This document shows, one piece after another, positions 20,412 to 30,942 of a stretch of 64,000 nt of DNA. A program made the position numbers and the translations under genes. Origin of the DNA: an uncultured Nitrososphaerota archaeon (lineage in GTDB: Archaea; Thermoproteota; Nitrososphaeria; Nitrososphaerales; Gagatemarchaeaceae); NCBI GenBank assembly GCA_963718895.1, contig CAVRAG010000008.1, positions 1,504,001 to 1,568,000 on the forward strand, in the 5' to 3' direction. A model generated the notes under the pieces. That model worked only from the letters and a program-made list of their open reading frames with translations. It did no database searches and was not told where the DNA came from. Within the stretch, counting starts at the first letter, position 1, and the number at the start of each line of letters is the position of its first letter.

Positions 20412-21577
20412 TCAGGTCTTCCCGAACCTCCTGAAGAGGAGAACGCCAATCGACAGGATTGCTAGGCTGGTTGCGGATACCATTGCGAGGTCTGTCATAA
20501 CGGCCTGGCTGGTCGCCGTCGCCCCTCTGGTGAAGAGAGACGTGAGTGCGTCGGTCACGTAGTAGGCGGGAACGAACCGGCCCGCAGCCTGCACGCCTGT
20601 CGAGAGGGCCGCGCCTACGAACGTGCCCAAGAAGAGCTGCGGCATCAGGAAGAGGAACGATATCCCTGTGGCCGCGCCTGCCGTCTTTGATATGGCGGCG
20701 GTAATCAGCCCGAAGCCGATGTTGCACATGGCGAAGATCGTCACGATGAGGAACCCCACGACCAAGCCGGAGAGGTCCGCCACGGGATGGTAGCCAAGCG
20801 CATAGACGCAGAGGAAGACGAGCAACGCCTGCACGAGGCCGATGACGAGGTACGAGAGCACCGATCCTGTAATCAAATCTGCGCCCGTGGCTGGAGTCAC
20901 GGCGATTCTGCTCAGGAGGCCGTTCTCCCTCTCCCCGGTGTACGACTGGGCGACCATCATTATCATGTAAATCGAGGCGAAGGCGAAGAGTCCCGGTGCG
21001 AATGTATCGAATATCGACGATCCCTGGACCTTGACCATTGATGGGCTCGCCACGTCGACGGGGACCGCGGGAGCGGCGGACATTGCGCCGAGGACGGCGC
21101 CGTTGAGGGTCTGATCGACAATGGAGGGGATTACCTCGGCCGAGAGTAGGGAACCCCTGTCGAGGTAGAGTGGGACGGTGCAGTTGACCCACCGGATTGG
21201 CGAGTCTGGATAGGCCCTGAACGAGCTCACGCTCGGGTCAAACTGCGGAGGAAGCAGAAGAACCCCCTGGACCTTACCCTGGCTCAGGGCCGACTGGGCG
21301 GTCTGGTTGTCCTGGTAGTAGTGGATCCTCGATCGCCCCCGTCGCGTCGAGGGCCTGGGCGAACTGATGTGAGGGGGTCGAGTTGCCACCGGTCCCGAGG
21401 TCGACGACTGCGAGGTTGTACGTCGACGACTGCGAGCCGCCGACGGCCCCGAATGAGGTCCCGAACGCTATGGTGAGTATCACCGGGAAGAGGATTATCA
21501 TGAAGAGGAACGCGGGTTCCCTGAACATCCTCCTCCATTCCTTCTTGGAGAGCGCCAAGGGCGCGACCCAGCTTCAT
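20412..21577 (-). pseudogene. ABC-2 type transporter permease, frameshifted
   Basis: KEWRRMFREP..IILFP and ERENGLL.R...TP lie in different frames. Confidence 0.8.
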
Positions 21578-22342
21578 CTATGACCCCTCCCTGATTCTTC
21601 GTCCCGTGAGCTGGATGAAGACGTCCTCGAGGTCCCTTGCCCCTTTGCCCGACCTGAGCCCCGCCGGGGACCCGAGGGCGATGAGCTTCCCGTGGTCGAT
21701 GATCCCGACCCTGTCGCAAAGCTCCTCTGCCTCCTCCATGTAGTGCGTCGTGAGCAGAATTGTTCTTCCCTGGTCTCTCAGCTCGACAACGAAGTCCCAT
21801 ATCGCCCGGCGAGACTGCGGGTCCATCCCGATGGTGGGCTCGTCCAGCAAGACGATTCTGGGGTCATGGACGAGCGCCATGGCGATGCTCACTTTGCGCT
21901 TCATACCGCCGCTGTACTTGCTCACCCTCCTGTCGCCCTCGTCGAGTAGGCCGACCTTCTCCAGCATGCTGTCGACCCGGGTGTCCAACGTCTTCTTCGG
22001 GACAGAGCAGAGCTCGCCGAAGAGCTTCACGTTCTCCCTCCCGGTCAGGTACTGATAGACCGCGGTCTCCTGTGGGGAGACTCCGATTATGCTCCTTGCT
22101 TTGGCGCCGTCGGTCACGGCATCGAACCCGCCCACCCTGATCGACCCCGCGGTCGGCTTCATGAGGCCCGTGAGACAGTTGATGGTGGTCGTCTTTCCGG
22201 AGCCGTTGGGCCCCAGCAGCCCGAAGATTTCCGCTTCGTGGACCGAAATCGAAAGGTCATCGACGGCCGTGACTTCCCCAAACTCCTTCGTTAGGTTCTC
22301 GATTACCACCGCATTGGTCCCCTTTGTGGTTTCCCTCTGCAT
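21578..22342 (-). CDS. ABC transporter ATP-binding protein (DrrA-like)
   Basis: GPNGSGKTT, YSGGMKR, LLDEPT, LTTHY. Confidence 0.95.
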   Translation of the reverse strand: MQRETTKGTNAVVIENLTKEFGEVTAVDDLSISVHEAEIFGLLGPNGSGKTTTINCLTGLMKPTAGSIRVGGFDAVTDGAKARSIIGVSPQETAVYQYLTGRENVKLFGELCSVPKKTLDTRVDSMLEKVGLLDEGDRRVSKYSGGMKRKVSIAMALVHDPRIVLLDEPTIGMDPQSRRAIWDFVVELRDQGRTILLTTHYMEEAEELCDRVGIIDHGKLIALGSPAGLRSGKGARDLEDVFIQLTGRRIREGS

Positions 22343-22475
22343 GCCTTGGCCGCCGACCGCTCGGTTGTTATTTTGGCGTCAATGAGACGGGAGAAGAATC
22401 GGACAATGTGACTCGTATCGAAGGGCTGTTCTTCACCCTGACCGTTGACACTTTGGAACGCGCTGGATGATACGG

Positions 22476-23393
22476 TCAGCCGCTGGATACGGCCGCTCTT
22501 TCGACCCCGTCGAGACCAAGCCTGTCCACCGACGTGTCGAACATGTAGCCGATTTGAAGCACGTTGACCGTGGCAGACCCCACTCCCTTCGCCCTGACGA
22601 TTCCTTCCCTCAAGTCGTCCATCTGCCTCATCGAGTTCGTCCAGAGGAAGAGTATCAGCTCGTTGGGGAGGTTGCTGAACATCATTTCAACCAAGATGTT
22701 CTGCGAGAAGGTCTGTCTGAGTGTTGAAAGAACGTCCGACCTGCCGGCGCCACAGGCGACCTTGATGTGGCCGATGGAGATGATGTCGTTTGAGGCGTCT
22801 GGGTACCATTCCAAAGGGAACTCGAGGAGGCGATTCTCGATCATCCTCTCCAAGCGCCTGTGAACGGTCTTTGCAGAGGCTCTGACCTCAGCGGCCACGT
22901 CGCTGAGTGGCTTTCGCTGGATCCTCGTGGCGAAATGCAAGAATCTGGTAGTCCAGTGGATATAGTTGTGCGCTGGGAAGGGTACTGGTCGATTGAGATA
23001 GGATTCCCACAGTGGGTTCGCCTATCTCGCCTTCCTTCCTCACGAAGGAGACGTACGAGTCCAACTCAGAGAGGTCCCTGAGGTACCCTCCCACGTACAC
23101 GTAGCCCCCTCCCGAATTGGCGACCTAGTAGGTAGAGTCGTTGTTCTTGAGGCGCAGGTGAGCATCGCTCGGATGGTCTGCGTTAGACCTCCCGAACAAG
23201 AAAAACATCGTGACATTGAGGGAGCTCAAGCTCACTCGCGTAGAGAAGGTATGTATGACGCCCATGTGGACCAGTGCCTGACTCTCTTGTGAACCGCGTT
23301 TATGGACAGCGCAAGCCTGCTGGCCAGCTCATGGTACGGAGTACTCGAGTTTGACAACAAGAACAGGCAAAGCTTGATGTCGGTGCTGTCCAT
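22476..23393 (-). pseudogene. Lrp/AsnC family regulator (double HTH), disrupted
   Basis: MDSTDIKL...PYHELASRLALSINAVHKR at the 5' end; second HTH KPLSDVA..SAKTVHRRL; several frame breaks. Confidence 0.7.
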
Positions 23394-23499
23394 CTCGCCT
23401 CGGATGGCGGTGCGAATGCGCCTTGAGTAAAGGCTTTACGAGCGCCGTCAGGAGACGCCTGCCGACTCGTACCGTCGGACGGAATCCAGGGGTTCTTCG

Positions 23500-24156
23500 G
23501 GTGGGTTCATTGCGTCTCTCTTTCTTGCGAAGCTACCTACTGAGAAGGTCTGAGAAATAGACGCACTCTCGAAGTGTTCGGAGAGCACGCCCGAAGTGTT
23601 CGTGGACAACGTCATGGTCAACACCGCATAGATCATACCTGCGGAAGTTATCTCATAGCTCGCCGCGTTCTCGCAATCGGTCGTTAGGGCGATATCCCGT
23701 CCCGCCCGGAGCAAGAGAGGTGAAGGAGATGGTGCGGAAACATCCGTACGAATCGGTCACCGTGGTAGCTGGCGAGATCGGCGAGGGTGAGCACGGGGAG
23801 ACGGACGCATAGACCGGAGTCGTGCGCCCATCATAGACGGCGTAGTAGGCGGTCGAGTTGCCGATGTTCTTGAAGATCACATCGAACACGAGGTGGGAGC
23901 CGACCGTAGTGTTCACCAGCTTCGCCGAGACTATCTGCACTTGTCCGTCGGTCGAACTGGAAGCTCCGGAGGACGTGTTGTAGGAAGGACAATCACAGGC
24001 TGACGAACTGGAACGACCCGGGTTCGGGATCAGCGTGGATGTACGGCCTGAACTCGCCTGGATTGTGATAATCAAAGCCACGACAGAAGTGACAATGATT
24101 GCCGCCATCACACCTGCGACAGAAGCTCTCCCGATTGCTCGCCTCCTGGGGTTCAT
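23500..24156 (-). pseudogene. Membrane-anchored surface protein, paralog of 31649..32626, frameshifted near 23700
   Basis: IVSAKLVNTTVGSHLVFD..FKNIGNST.YYA.YDGRT shared; homology continues in frame 23448..23714. Confidence 0.75.
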
Positions 24157-24296
24157 TACAGCACTTCGATGATAGAAAAGGCGGGTTTTGTGATTAATAG
24201 TTATGTCCGATAGAGTTGGGATTCAGAATATTGTTCCTGCAGAGTTTGGTCGCCCTTGGAAGTTTTTCCATAAGGTCCAGGCTTTTCCTAATCTGA

Positions 24297-24373
24297 GATG
24301 CCGTAAGAAGGCAAGTGCCATGCACAGGGTTCATTGCGCCTCCGCCGGTCCATTTCATCCACACGATGGGCTA
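24297..24373 (+). repeat. Near-complete copy of the cassette-boundary element
   Basis: GATGCCGTAAGAAGGCAAGTGCCATGCACAGGGTTCATTGCGCCTCCGCCGGTCCATTTCATCCACACGATGGGCT. Confidence 0.9.
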
Positions 24374-24444
24374 CGGGCGACACGGGCGACGCACGCGAAC
24401 GAATCAGGCCAGCCAGACGTTCGAGTTCTTCCCTTCATGCCTGC

Positions 24445-24804
24445 TTAGGTCGCTTCAATTCGGATTTCTCTTTCCGTGACGACAATCAGCGCGTTGGGGT
24501 GCTTGGTGATGTCAACGCGAGCAAGGAGACGTTCGATGCACTCCTGGACTCAGTGGGCGTCGGAGGATGCGACCTAATGATGATGACCCCGAACGTCGTC
24601 TTGAGTTGGTGGTGCAGACGAATGAAGATCTTGGTCCAACGAGATAACCATCCTGCCTTCGCGGTGAGCGTATCTCGCGATTGCGACGTCGGTCGCGCCA
24701 GGGTGGAGCGCTTCGATCGTTCCTTTGGTGTCGTGACCCTGCCGCTTCAGCCAACTCCTGACGCTCGAGGGAACGTTCTCGTCTGTAAGGAATCGTAGAG
24801 TCAC
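24445..24804 (-). pseudogene. DUF5615 PIN-like toxin, second copy, frameshifted
   Basis: Near-identical to 2345..2704 with 1-bp indels at ~24629 and ~24552. Confidence 0.85.
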
Positions 24805-25049
24805 TGTGCCTCAAGTTCTATGACTTCTTCGTCACGCAGCCTCTTTGAGGCGTATTCGAGAGCGGCCCGAATGTCCTCGACCGTTAGGTATGGGTACTCC
24901 TTCAGTATCCCCTCCTCGGTGATTCCTGAAGCCAGGAGTTCCACTATCAAGTAAACTGCTATTCTAGTCCCCTTGATTACGGGCTTTCCACCCAACACCC
25001 CCCTGTTCGTGCTGATTCTGCCAAGCCTGCTTCTCAATCTGGATTGCAA
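24801..25049 (-). CDS. DUF433 antitoxin, second copy
   Basis: Differs from 2701..2949 by one residue (YPDL vs YPYL). Confidence 0.9.
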   Translation of the reverse strand: MQSRLRSRLGRISTNRGVLGGKPVIKGTRIAVYLIVELLASGITEEGILKEYPYLTVEDIRAALEYASKRLRDEEVIELEAQ

Positions 25050-25184
25050 GAAGGCTCGCTTCTATAAAAAGTAGGCCGACGACCTATTCAAGGATGAGCC
25101 ATGGTTAGGGTTCATCGTGCCTCGCCGGGGCATTTCATCCACGTCGGGCGATTGAGATACAAATGCTGATGAACAGTGCTCTTT

Positions 25185-25655
25185 TCAGCCGGGGTTGGCG
25201 CTGGCCCTTGACATCTTCCGGGTCTCACTCCCTTTGCCCGCGGAGATGTCGTCGATTGCTTCCACCCAAGGGACCCTCCTGAACGCTTGATCGTGCGTCG
25301 CTATCCTGACAACCCCAGAAGCCTGCATCGTCGCCAATATCACGCAGTCTCGACTTCCCAGCCCCGTGGACGCGTGCTCCAAGATCATCCCAAGTGCGGC
25401 ATCCGCAATCCGGTGGTCCAGATCAAAGATTCTGAGCGTTGCGAGGCTTTGAATCCTCTCCATCAGGTCTGAGAATTCTTGTTTCGGGAGCATCCTCAGA
25501 TAATGAGCCACCTCGAATAACGTGATGTAGTTTGTGATAATTCCCTCTTTGATCGCCTTCCGCATGGTCCTGAGAACGCGCTCGTGTTCCGGAAGCCTCG
25601 AGTCCAACCAGTAGATCCAGTAGTTCGAATCGACGTAGATCAAACTCGGGCCCAA
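25185..25655 (-). CDS. vapC: PIN-domain toxin (VapC family)
   Basis: IYVDSNY, LGSRDCVILATM, IATHD. Confidence 0.9.
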   Translation of the reverse strand: MGPSLIYVDSNYWIYWLDSRLPEHERVLRTMRKAIKEGIITNYITLFEVAHYLRMLPKQEFSDLMERIQSLATLRIFDLDHRIADAALGMILEHASTGLGSRDCVILATMQASGVVRIATHDQAFRRVPWVEAIDDISAGKGSETRKMSRASANPG

Positions 25656-25888
25656 ATCTCCTTCAGCCGCAGCGGGTCGGTCGCCCTTGCCTTGCTCCCT
25701 CTCTTCAGGGTGCCTTCGGTTTGCTTGATGAAGGCTTCGGCGTCTAGGGTGGATTTCAACACGATGATGGAACCGCCTCTATCAGCGATGCTGACCCTGA
25801 CCTTGCTGCCTTCCGCCAGCCCGAGCTCTTTCCGTACCTCGTCAGGAATCACTACAGGGCCTTTTGAGTCAACGACGGTCTCCGTCAA
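25640..25888 (-). CDS. AbrB/MazE-type antitoxin
   Basis: VDSKGPVVIPDEVRKELGL. Confidence 0.85.
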   Translation of the reverse strand: MTETVVDSKGPVVIPDEVRKELGLAEGSKVRVSIADRGGSIIVLKSTLDAEAFIKQTEGTLKRGSKARATDPLRLKEIWARV

Positions 25889-26102
25889 CTGGTTCCCACT
25901 TTGATTCCCACTTTCACTACTTAAAGGTTCGTTGCGCCTCCGCCGGGGCATTTAATCCACACGTTGGGCTATAGCAAAGTCGACCGGCTGAACACGTCGC
26001 CCGAAATGCTTCCCAGTGTGCACATCACCCTCTCCTTCCGGGAGGGTAGGTGTAGTCCGAAAGGGTTAAAACGGTCTGGGCACCCAAAACAGGTGAACCT
26101 AA

Positions 26103-26372
26103 ATGGGTGCCCAAGTCAAGGTCCTCCAGAAAGGAAAGGTTACGATTCCATCAGAGATGAGGGAAGCGCTCGGGGTGGATGAAGGGGATTACGTGACAAT
26201 GGAAATGGTAGATAGTCATCTTGTAATCTCTTCCCCTAGGACAATACCGAATCCCACGGAAGCAATAAGCAGGCTGGTATCAGATGTCGCAGTGAAGGAG
26301 CCCCTGGACAGTGAAGCAGCGAAGGCCGGGGCGGTCAGGATGAAGAGGAAGCTCCAGAGGGGCTCGAAGTGA
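26103..26372 (+). CDS. AbrB/MazE-type antitoxin
   Basis: KGKVTIPSEMREALGVDEGD. Confidence 0.9.
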   Translation: MGAQVKVLQKGKVTIPSEMREALGVDEGDYVTMEMVDSHLVISSPRTIPNPTEAISRLVSDVAVKEPLDSEAAKAGAVRMKRKLQRGSK

Positions 26373-26767
26373 AGTTCGTCGATTCTAACGTCTTCCTGTA
26401 CACCCTGATCGGGAGTCCAAAAGCCGACTACGAGACCTCGAGAAGCATACTCAAGAGGATTGAAAAAGGCGAGGAGGCCACGACTAGTTTGGCGGTCCTG
26501 CAAGAAGTGGTAGATTGGCTCGAGTACAACGGTAGAAAGAGGGAGGTCGAAGTCTTCCTTACGGCGGTCAACTCATACACAAGGATGCGAAAGGTGAGCA
26601 ACAGGTGGAGGGACTATCCGAGAGCCTCGGCCGAGGCCGGAAAAGCGGCCATTGACTTCGTGGACGCGTTGTCTCTTGCCGTAATGAGAAGAGAGGAGAT
26701 GAACGAGATCTACTCCAACGACAAGGACTTCGACAGGGTTGTGGGCATAAAGAGAGTGTTCGAATAG
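26369..26767 (+). CDS. vapC: PIN-domain toxin (VapC family)
   Basis: FVDSNVFL, DFVDAL, YSNDKDFD. Confidence 0.92.
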   Translation: MKFVDSNVFLYTLIGSPKADYETSRSILKRIEKGEEATTSLAVLQEVVDWLEYNGRKREVEVFLTAVNSYTRMRKVSNRWRDYPRASAEAGKAAIDFVDALSLAVMRREEMNEIYSNDKDFDRVVGIKRVFE

Positions 26768-26867
26768 AGTTCGCCAGCTATAGGGTTCATTGCGCCTCCG
26801 CCGGGGCATTTCATCCACACGTTGGACTACAGTAGCAGAGACTTATCTACGTGAGCCGTGCCCGCGA

Positions 26868-27308
26868 CTAGTCGTCCTTGGTCTGACGCTTAGGTGCTCC
26901 TGCCTCCGGCTGCTTTTCGAACAGGGCAACTCCGTACCTGACAGCCTTCTTTCTCAAGTCCTCGTCATAGGAGAAGAGGGGCAGCTTCGTCCGCTCGGCG
27001 ACTGACAGGATTACGAGGTCGTTGTAGTCATGGTAGGTCTTCATGCGCCCGACCGCAAACTCGATGTCGTCGGGAGTGCAGGGCGCGAAGACGGACTTTT
27101 CGTTCGTCAGGTACTCCTCGACCTTCGCCTTGGCATCGGTGAGCTTCAGATCCCTGCCTTTGAAGAACCAAAGGAACTCATGGAATGCCATTCCGGGAAT
27201 GCACCATTTCTCAGCTGAATCGAGGCCGCGGGTAGCCGCTTCATGAAGCTCGCTGTCCTCGAAGGTATCGAAGATGAGTACGTTAGTGTCTATGACGATT
27301 GTCGTCAC
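26868..27308 (-). CDS. vapC: PIN-domain toxin (VapC family)
   Basis: IVIDTNVL, YNDLVIL, LFSYDEDL. Confidence 0.9.
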   Translation of the reverse strand: MTTIVIDTNVLIFDTFEDSELHEAATRGLDSAEKWCIPGMAFHEFLWFFKGRDLKLTDAKAKVEEYLTNEKSVFAPCTPDDIEFAVGRMKTYHDYNDLVILSVAERTKLPLFSYDEDLRKKAVRYGVALFEKQPEAGAPKRQTKDD

Positions 27309-27532
27309 TCGGTCCGACCCCTCTCTATCGCCTCTTCGATCTCCCTCACCGACAGAGTTTCTCCAAGTCTGAGCGTCTTTCTCTTTCCACGCACCGGCGG
27401 CTTGACCCTCACCACCGCCTCTTCTTCGTCATATTCCACCATAACAGAGTCGCCCTTCAAGATCTTCGCCCTTTCCCTAACGTCCTTAGGGATCGTCACC
27501 TGGTAATTGCTGTTGACCTTGCTGACTGGCAT
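27305..27532 (-). CDS. AbrB/MazE-type antitoxin
   Basis: KVNSNYQVTIPKDVRE. Confidence 0.9.
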   Translation of the reverse strand: MPVSKVNSNYQVTIPKDVRERAKILKGDSVMVEYDEEEAVVRVKPPVRGKRKTLRLGETLSVREIEEAIERGRTE

Positions 27533-27612
27533 AATAGGTCTATTAGACCAATCTATCTACTTAAGCATTGCCATGCTTAGGGTTCGTCGCGCCTCCGCCA
27601 GAGCATTTCACC

Positions 27613-27929
27613 TCAGGCTCTCTCCGCAGGACAAAGCGCGCCGACAAGGAGGAGCGTCGGATGCGCGATGAGGTAGTATCCTCCGTCGATGAACAAGACC
27701 CTTTGGCCGAAGAAGCAGAAGGTTATCGACCCCAGCCCGTCGCCCGGTATGGGATCGGCAACCACCGTTATGGTGGACGTGGCACCTTCGCTGCTCACGG
27801 CCGTCGTGAACACGCCTCCGCTACCCGGTACGTCAGCCCGCACCGGCACGACAGCGCGAAGACCACGAAGAGCGAGAGAGCCACCAGACCCAAGACCGCA
27901 TAGGTCAGGACTGTCTTGAGCTTCCTCAC
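27613..27929 (-). pseudogene. Small membrane-anchored protein (family B), frameshifted
   Basis: GTG-RKLKTVLTYAVLGLVALSLFVVF, then VVPV...GSITFCFFGQ in another frame; resembles 31096..31509. Confidence 0.5.
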
Positions 27930-28031
27930 GCCGCATCAGCCCCATCGGAATCGATTCTCGATTAATAGTTATGTCCGAACGTATCCGTTTCTGCGGCTCA
28001 CCGGGTCGGGAAGGGAATCGTCTCTTGTTGC

Positions 28032-28295
28032 TCATTCCTTCAAGAGTTGATTCAATTCAAGAATCTCGACTGCGACTAGCTGATTGCCGTGATCTCCGTA
28101 GAAGAAGACTGCCAATCCATCCTTTGATGGTTCCCCGATAGGCTTCTCTACATGTCTGAATCTGACGTACAGGTCGCCATGTTCGCCGTAATCCACCGCC
28201 AGAACGCTCCTGGGAAGCTTCATCTCGTACCTCTGCTCCACCTTCGACAGTATCTTCCTCAGGTCCAAGTCCAAAATCGTCGTTCTGCTCGTCAT
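28032..28295 (-). CDS. DUF2283-like putative antitoxin
   Basis: DYGEHGDLYVRF...LVAVEILE. Confidence 0.6.
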   Translation of the reverse strand: MTSRTTILDLDLRKILSKVEQRYEMKLPRSVLAVDYGEHGDLYVRFRHVEKPIGEPSKDGLAVFFYGDHGNQLVAVEILELNQLLKE

Positions 28296-28591
28296 GACAC
28301 GTTGTACCTCTTGTTCTTCCTCTTCTGGTTGATTATGAATGCCGTCTTAATTAACCCTCTATCTGCTTCCGCAACCTTGTAAATCACCACGAGAAAATGG
28401 CTTGGGTCAATACGCTTCAGCGCGTGAAACCCGCCGCGCTCGTCTGTGTGTAATTCATCAGGGTTGGATACCGCTTGCATCAATATGCCTGGGTCCCTGC
28501 CCACCTCCGGGTGCCTGAATTGCACGTGGAGCCGTCGTCTCTCGAGGTCCGCCGCGAGGAAGGCCTGGTGCTCGTCGAGAAGATTGTCCAC
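28292..28591 (-). CDS. Putative RelE/DUF4258-like toxin
   Basis: RHPE...AVSNPDE...LVVIYK...IKTAF; overlaps the DUF2283-like gene. Confidence 0.55.
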   Translation of the reverse strand: MDNLLDEHQAFLAADLERRRLHVQFRHPEVGRDPGILMQAVSNPDELHTDERGGFHALKRIDPSHFLVVIYKVAEADRGLIKTAFIINQKRKNKRYNVS

Positions 28592-28715
28592 CGAAGCGGA
28601 GTCTACGGCTCCTGAGTCGGAAGCGCCAGCTATAGGGTTCATTGCGCCTCCGCCGGGGCATTTCATCCACACGCTGGGCTATGGTAAGTCGAGGGAAGGA
28701 CCGGGTCGTCCTCGC

Positions 28716-29141
28716 TCACAGCCGTGAATCGCCCTGCTGCCCTTTCAGAGCTTCAAGTGCCTCCGCCACCGATTCGACCCTGATCCCCCTGAATTCCCTG
28801 AGATTCAAGAGGTGTGCGTCGCCCGACACGATCACGTCTGCCCTTCCGTCTCTGGCGGTCCTCAGCACCTCATCATCGGGGTTCTCGAAGACCCTGAATC
28901 TCGACCTTATGCGGACGCGGTGCGCCTGATGAAGCAGGACCTTGAGGAACCGGGCGACGTCGTCGTCATGGACGTACCTCCTGAGTCTCTCCTCCCCAGT
29001 CACCCTGAGAAACTCGTCGAGGATGGGTTCGGAGATCAGCAGCGTGTCGCCGGAGCTGAAAAGACGCTCCAGGAGCTGTCGCGACGTTCCCTCAGTTATC
29101 AGGGCTGAGACTAGGACGTTTGTGTCCAGGACGATTCTCAA
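28716..29141 (-). CDS. vapC: PIN-domain toxin
   Basis: IVLDTNVLVSAL, PDDEVL..A, IVSGDAHLL. Confidence 0.9.
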   Translation of the reverse strand: MRIVLDTNVLVSALITEGTSRQLLERLFSSGDTLLISEPILDEFLRVTGEERLRRYVHDDDVARFLKVLLHQAHRVRIRSRFRVFENPDDEVLRTARDGRADVIVSGDAHLLNLREFRGIRVESVAEALEALKGQQGDSRL

Positions 29142-29424
29142 TCGCGCGACGCCTCGTCTCTTTTCCGTGCCTGTGCCTTTGGACCAGTTCGTTGACCTCC
29201 TCCTCTGTTACCACTTCCTCCCCTCTCCTGGAGTCTATCGCCTTGAAGACGGACTTGAGCTCGTTCACGACGTCTCCGATCTCGAGTCTCTTCATTATCA
29301 GCGAGTCTGAGTAGGGATAGACCAGCAGCTTGGTCTTCGGCCCTATCCCGAGCTTCCTCCTGAGGCTCTGGGGTATCACCACCTGACCTTTGCTGCTGAC
29401 CACCACGATGTCGGCGGTCTCCAT
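29092..29424 (-). CDS. AbrB/MazE-type antitoxin
   Basis: VSSKGQVVIPQSLRRKLGI. Confidence 0.85.
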   Translation of the reverse strand: METADIVVVSSKGQVVIPQSLRRKLGIGPKTKLLVYPYSDSLIMKRLEIGDVVNELKSVFKAIDSRRGEEVVTEEEVNELVQRHRHGKETRRRAIENRPGHKRPSLSPDN

Positions 29425-29498
29425 GCCATCCCGTTCTTACTTTCTTACCTAAATAGCTGTCGTATGGATATTGCGCCTCCGCCGGGGAACGTCAGAAG

Positions 29499-30319
29499 TC
29501 AGGCTGGCTTCGCTACTGCTAGAACTCTGAACGTCGAGAATGAAGCTGACTTCGGATCACCTCTCGACCCGAGGTCTATTTCATAGAACGCGAGCGGTTG
29601 GAACCCGCAGCCTTCCAGAAGTTCACGTACGTGCGAGATCGTGTAGATCCTTATTGTGTGAGCCTCCGAGAAGGAATCGACGCCTTCTTCGTATCGTGGT
29701 CGACGACCATCAGGTCCCACCCAAAGCTGAGCTTGTTGGTCTGCGGGTCATACTTGCTCAGGTGCAACCGGATTATCGACTTGGACCCGTCCTCCACCTT
29801 GTCCCAGCTTGTGTTTCCCGACCGGCTCTCGTCAGCAGGGTACACCGCTGAATCTTGTCCGAACTCGAACACCAGCAAACCGTCAGGTCTCAGAACCTTC
29901 CGGGCGCCAGCGAGGAATCTCCCGACGTCATCTCTCGTGAGCAGACAGCCGAACCCACCGAAGAGGACCGCGACGATGTCGTACTTGTCTTTGAGCTGAA
30001 TCTTTCGCATGTCCATCTTAAGAAACACAGGGTTCGTCTTTGAGGCGGTCTTGCTTCTCGCCACCCGTAGCATGTCTCCGGAGACGTCTATGCCGGTCAC
30101 CTTGCATCCGTCATTTGCCAGCATGAAGGTGTAGTTGCCCGTGCCGCAAGCGACGTCAAGGATTGAGCCCGACTTGCCCAGCTTCTTGTGCTTAGCAAAG
30201 ACTCTCTCCAGGTAGTCGGTCAGAGCTCTGTAGTCGACATTCTTCGAGGAGAGGAGGTCATAGTAGCGAGCCATCCTTGAGTACGCGGCGGTCGACTTCT
30301 CAGACTCAGCCTTTGGCAA
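29499..30319 (-). pseudogene. Class I SAM-dependent methyltransferase, frameshifted near 29680
   Basis: ILDVACGTG; C-terminus FSEAHTIRIY...LEGCGF in ORF 29499..29720. Confidence 0.8.
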
Positions 30320-30390
30320 AGCTCTACCCAGTCAGCATAGAATGCTAGATGATGAAAAGCCGTGGGGGTCCTAGCACTCTCAAAGTTTGA

Positions 30391-30942
30391 TCAGCTGCTG
30401 CCAAACATTTGCTTCTTGTGGACTTTCCATTCCAGGAAACCCTTCTCTCGAGAGACTTCCATAACTATGGTAATGTTGTCAAACCAGCAGTCGAAATGCT
30501 TCTCTTTGCTATTCGTGAATTTCACGATTGCGTCATACTTCTCGTCGCATCCTTCCGCCAATGTCGAGTGAAAGTGAAGGTTCTCGCCGTCGTGCTGATC
30601 CCATGTGAGCGATTCCACATTCCTCAACTCCAATACCAACCCGAGAAACGTCTGCCTCGCTTCGCCCGAAAGCTGAACGTTCAGAAAAACGACTTTGGGG
30701 CGGAATCCTCCAAAGCCTCCAACTGTCACCGGAGTTCTCTTGTGGGTCTTGCAGAATTTCTCAAGGGCCTGGTCTATGGCCTCGACCTTGTCCGTCTCGA
30801 ACCAATACTTCAATGTGAAGTGGGCCGGGACTCCCTCGGTCTTTGTTTTTGCGAGCCCAAAATCGGTCGCGATGTCATCGACAAGCGATTTGTGATACTG
30901 CTCGACCGGCCCACTTAGGAAACAGGCAAGAGCGTATCTCAA
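30391..30942 (-). CDS. 2H phosphoesterase (2'-5' RNA ligase family)
   Basis: Two HxT motifs, HFTL and HSTL. Confidence 0.8.
   Translation of the reverse strand: MRYALACFLSGPVEQYHKSLVDDIATDFGLAKTKTEGVPAHFTLKYWFETDKVEAIDQALEKFCKTHKRTPVTVGGFGGFRPKVVFLNVQLSGEARQTFLGLVLELRNVESLTWDQHDGENLHFHSTLAEGCDEKYDAIVKFTNSKEKHFDCWFDNITIVMEVSREKGFLEWKVHKKQMFGSS

Noticed and set aside
24146-24160. GGGGTTCATT at the start of ORF 23653..24156
   Set aside because: Only 9 bp match the core; it is explained by the Met-Asn-Pro codons.
30361-30380. Possible degenerate core (GGGGGTCCTAGCACTC) between the methyltransferase and 2H genes
   Set aside because: Too divergent to count by eye, although its position fits a cassette boundary.
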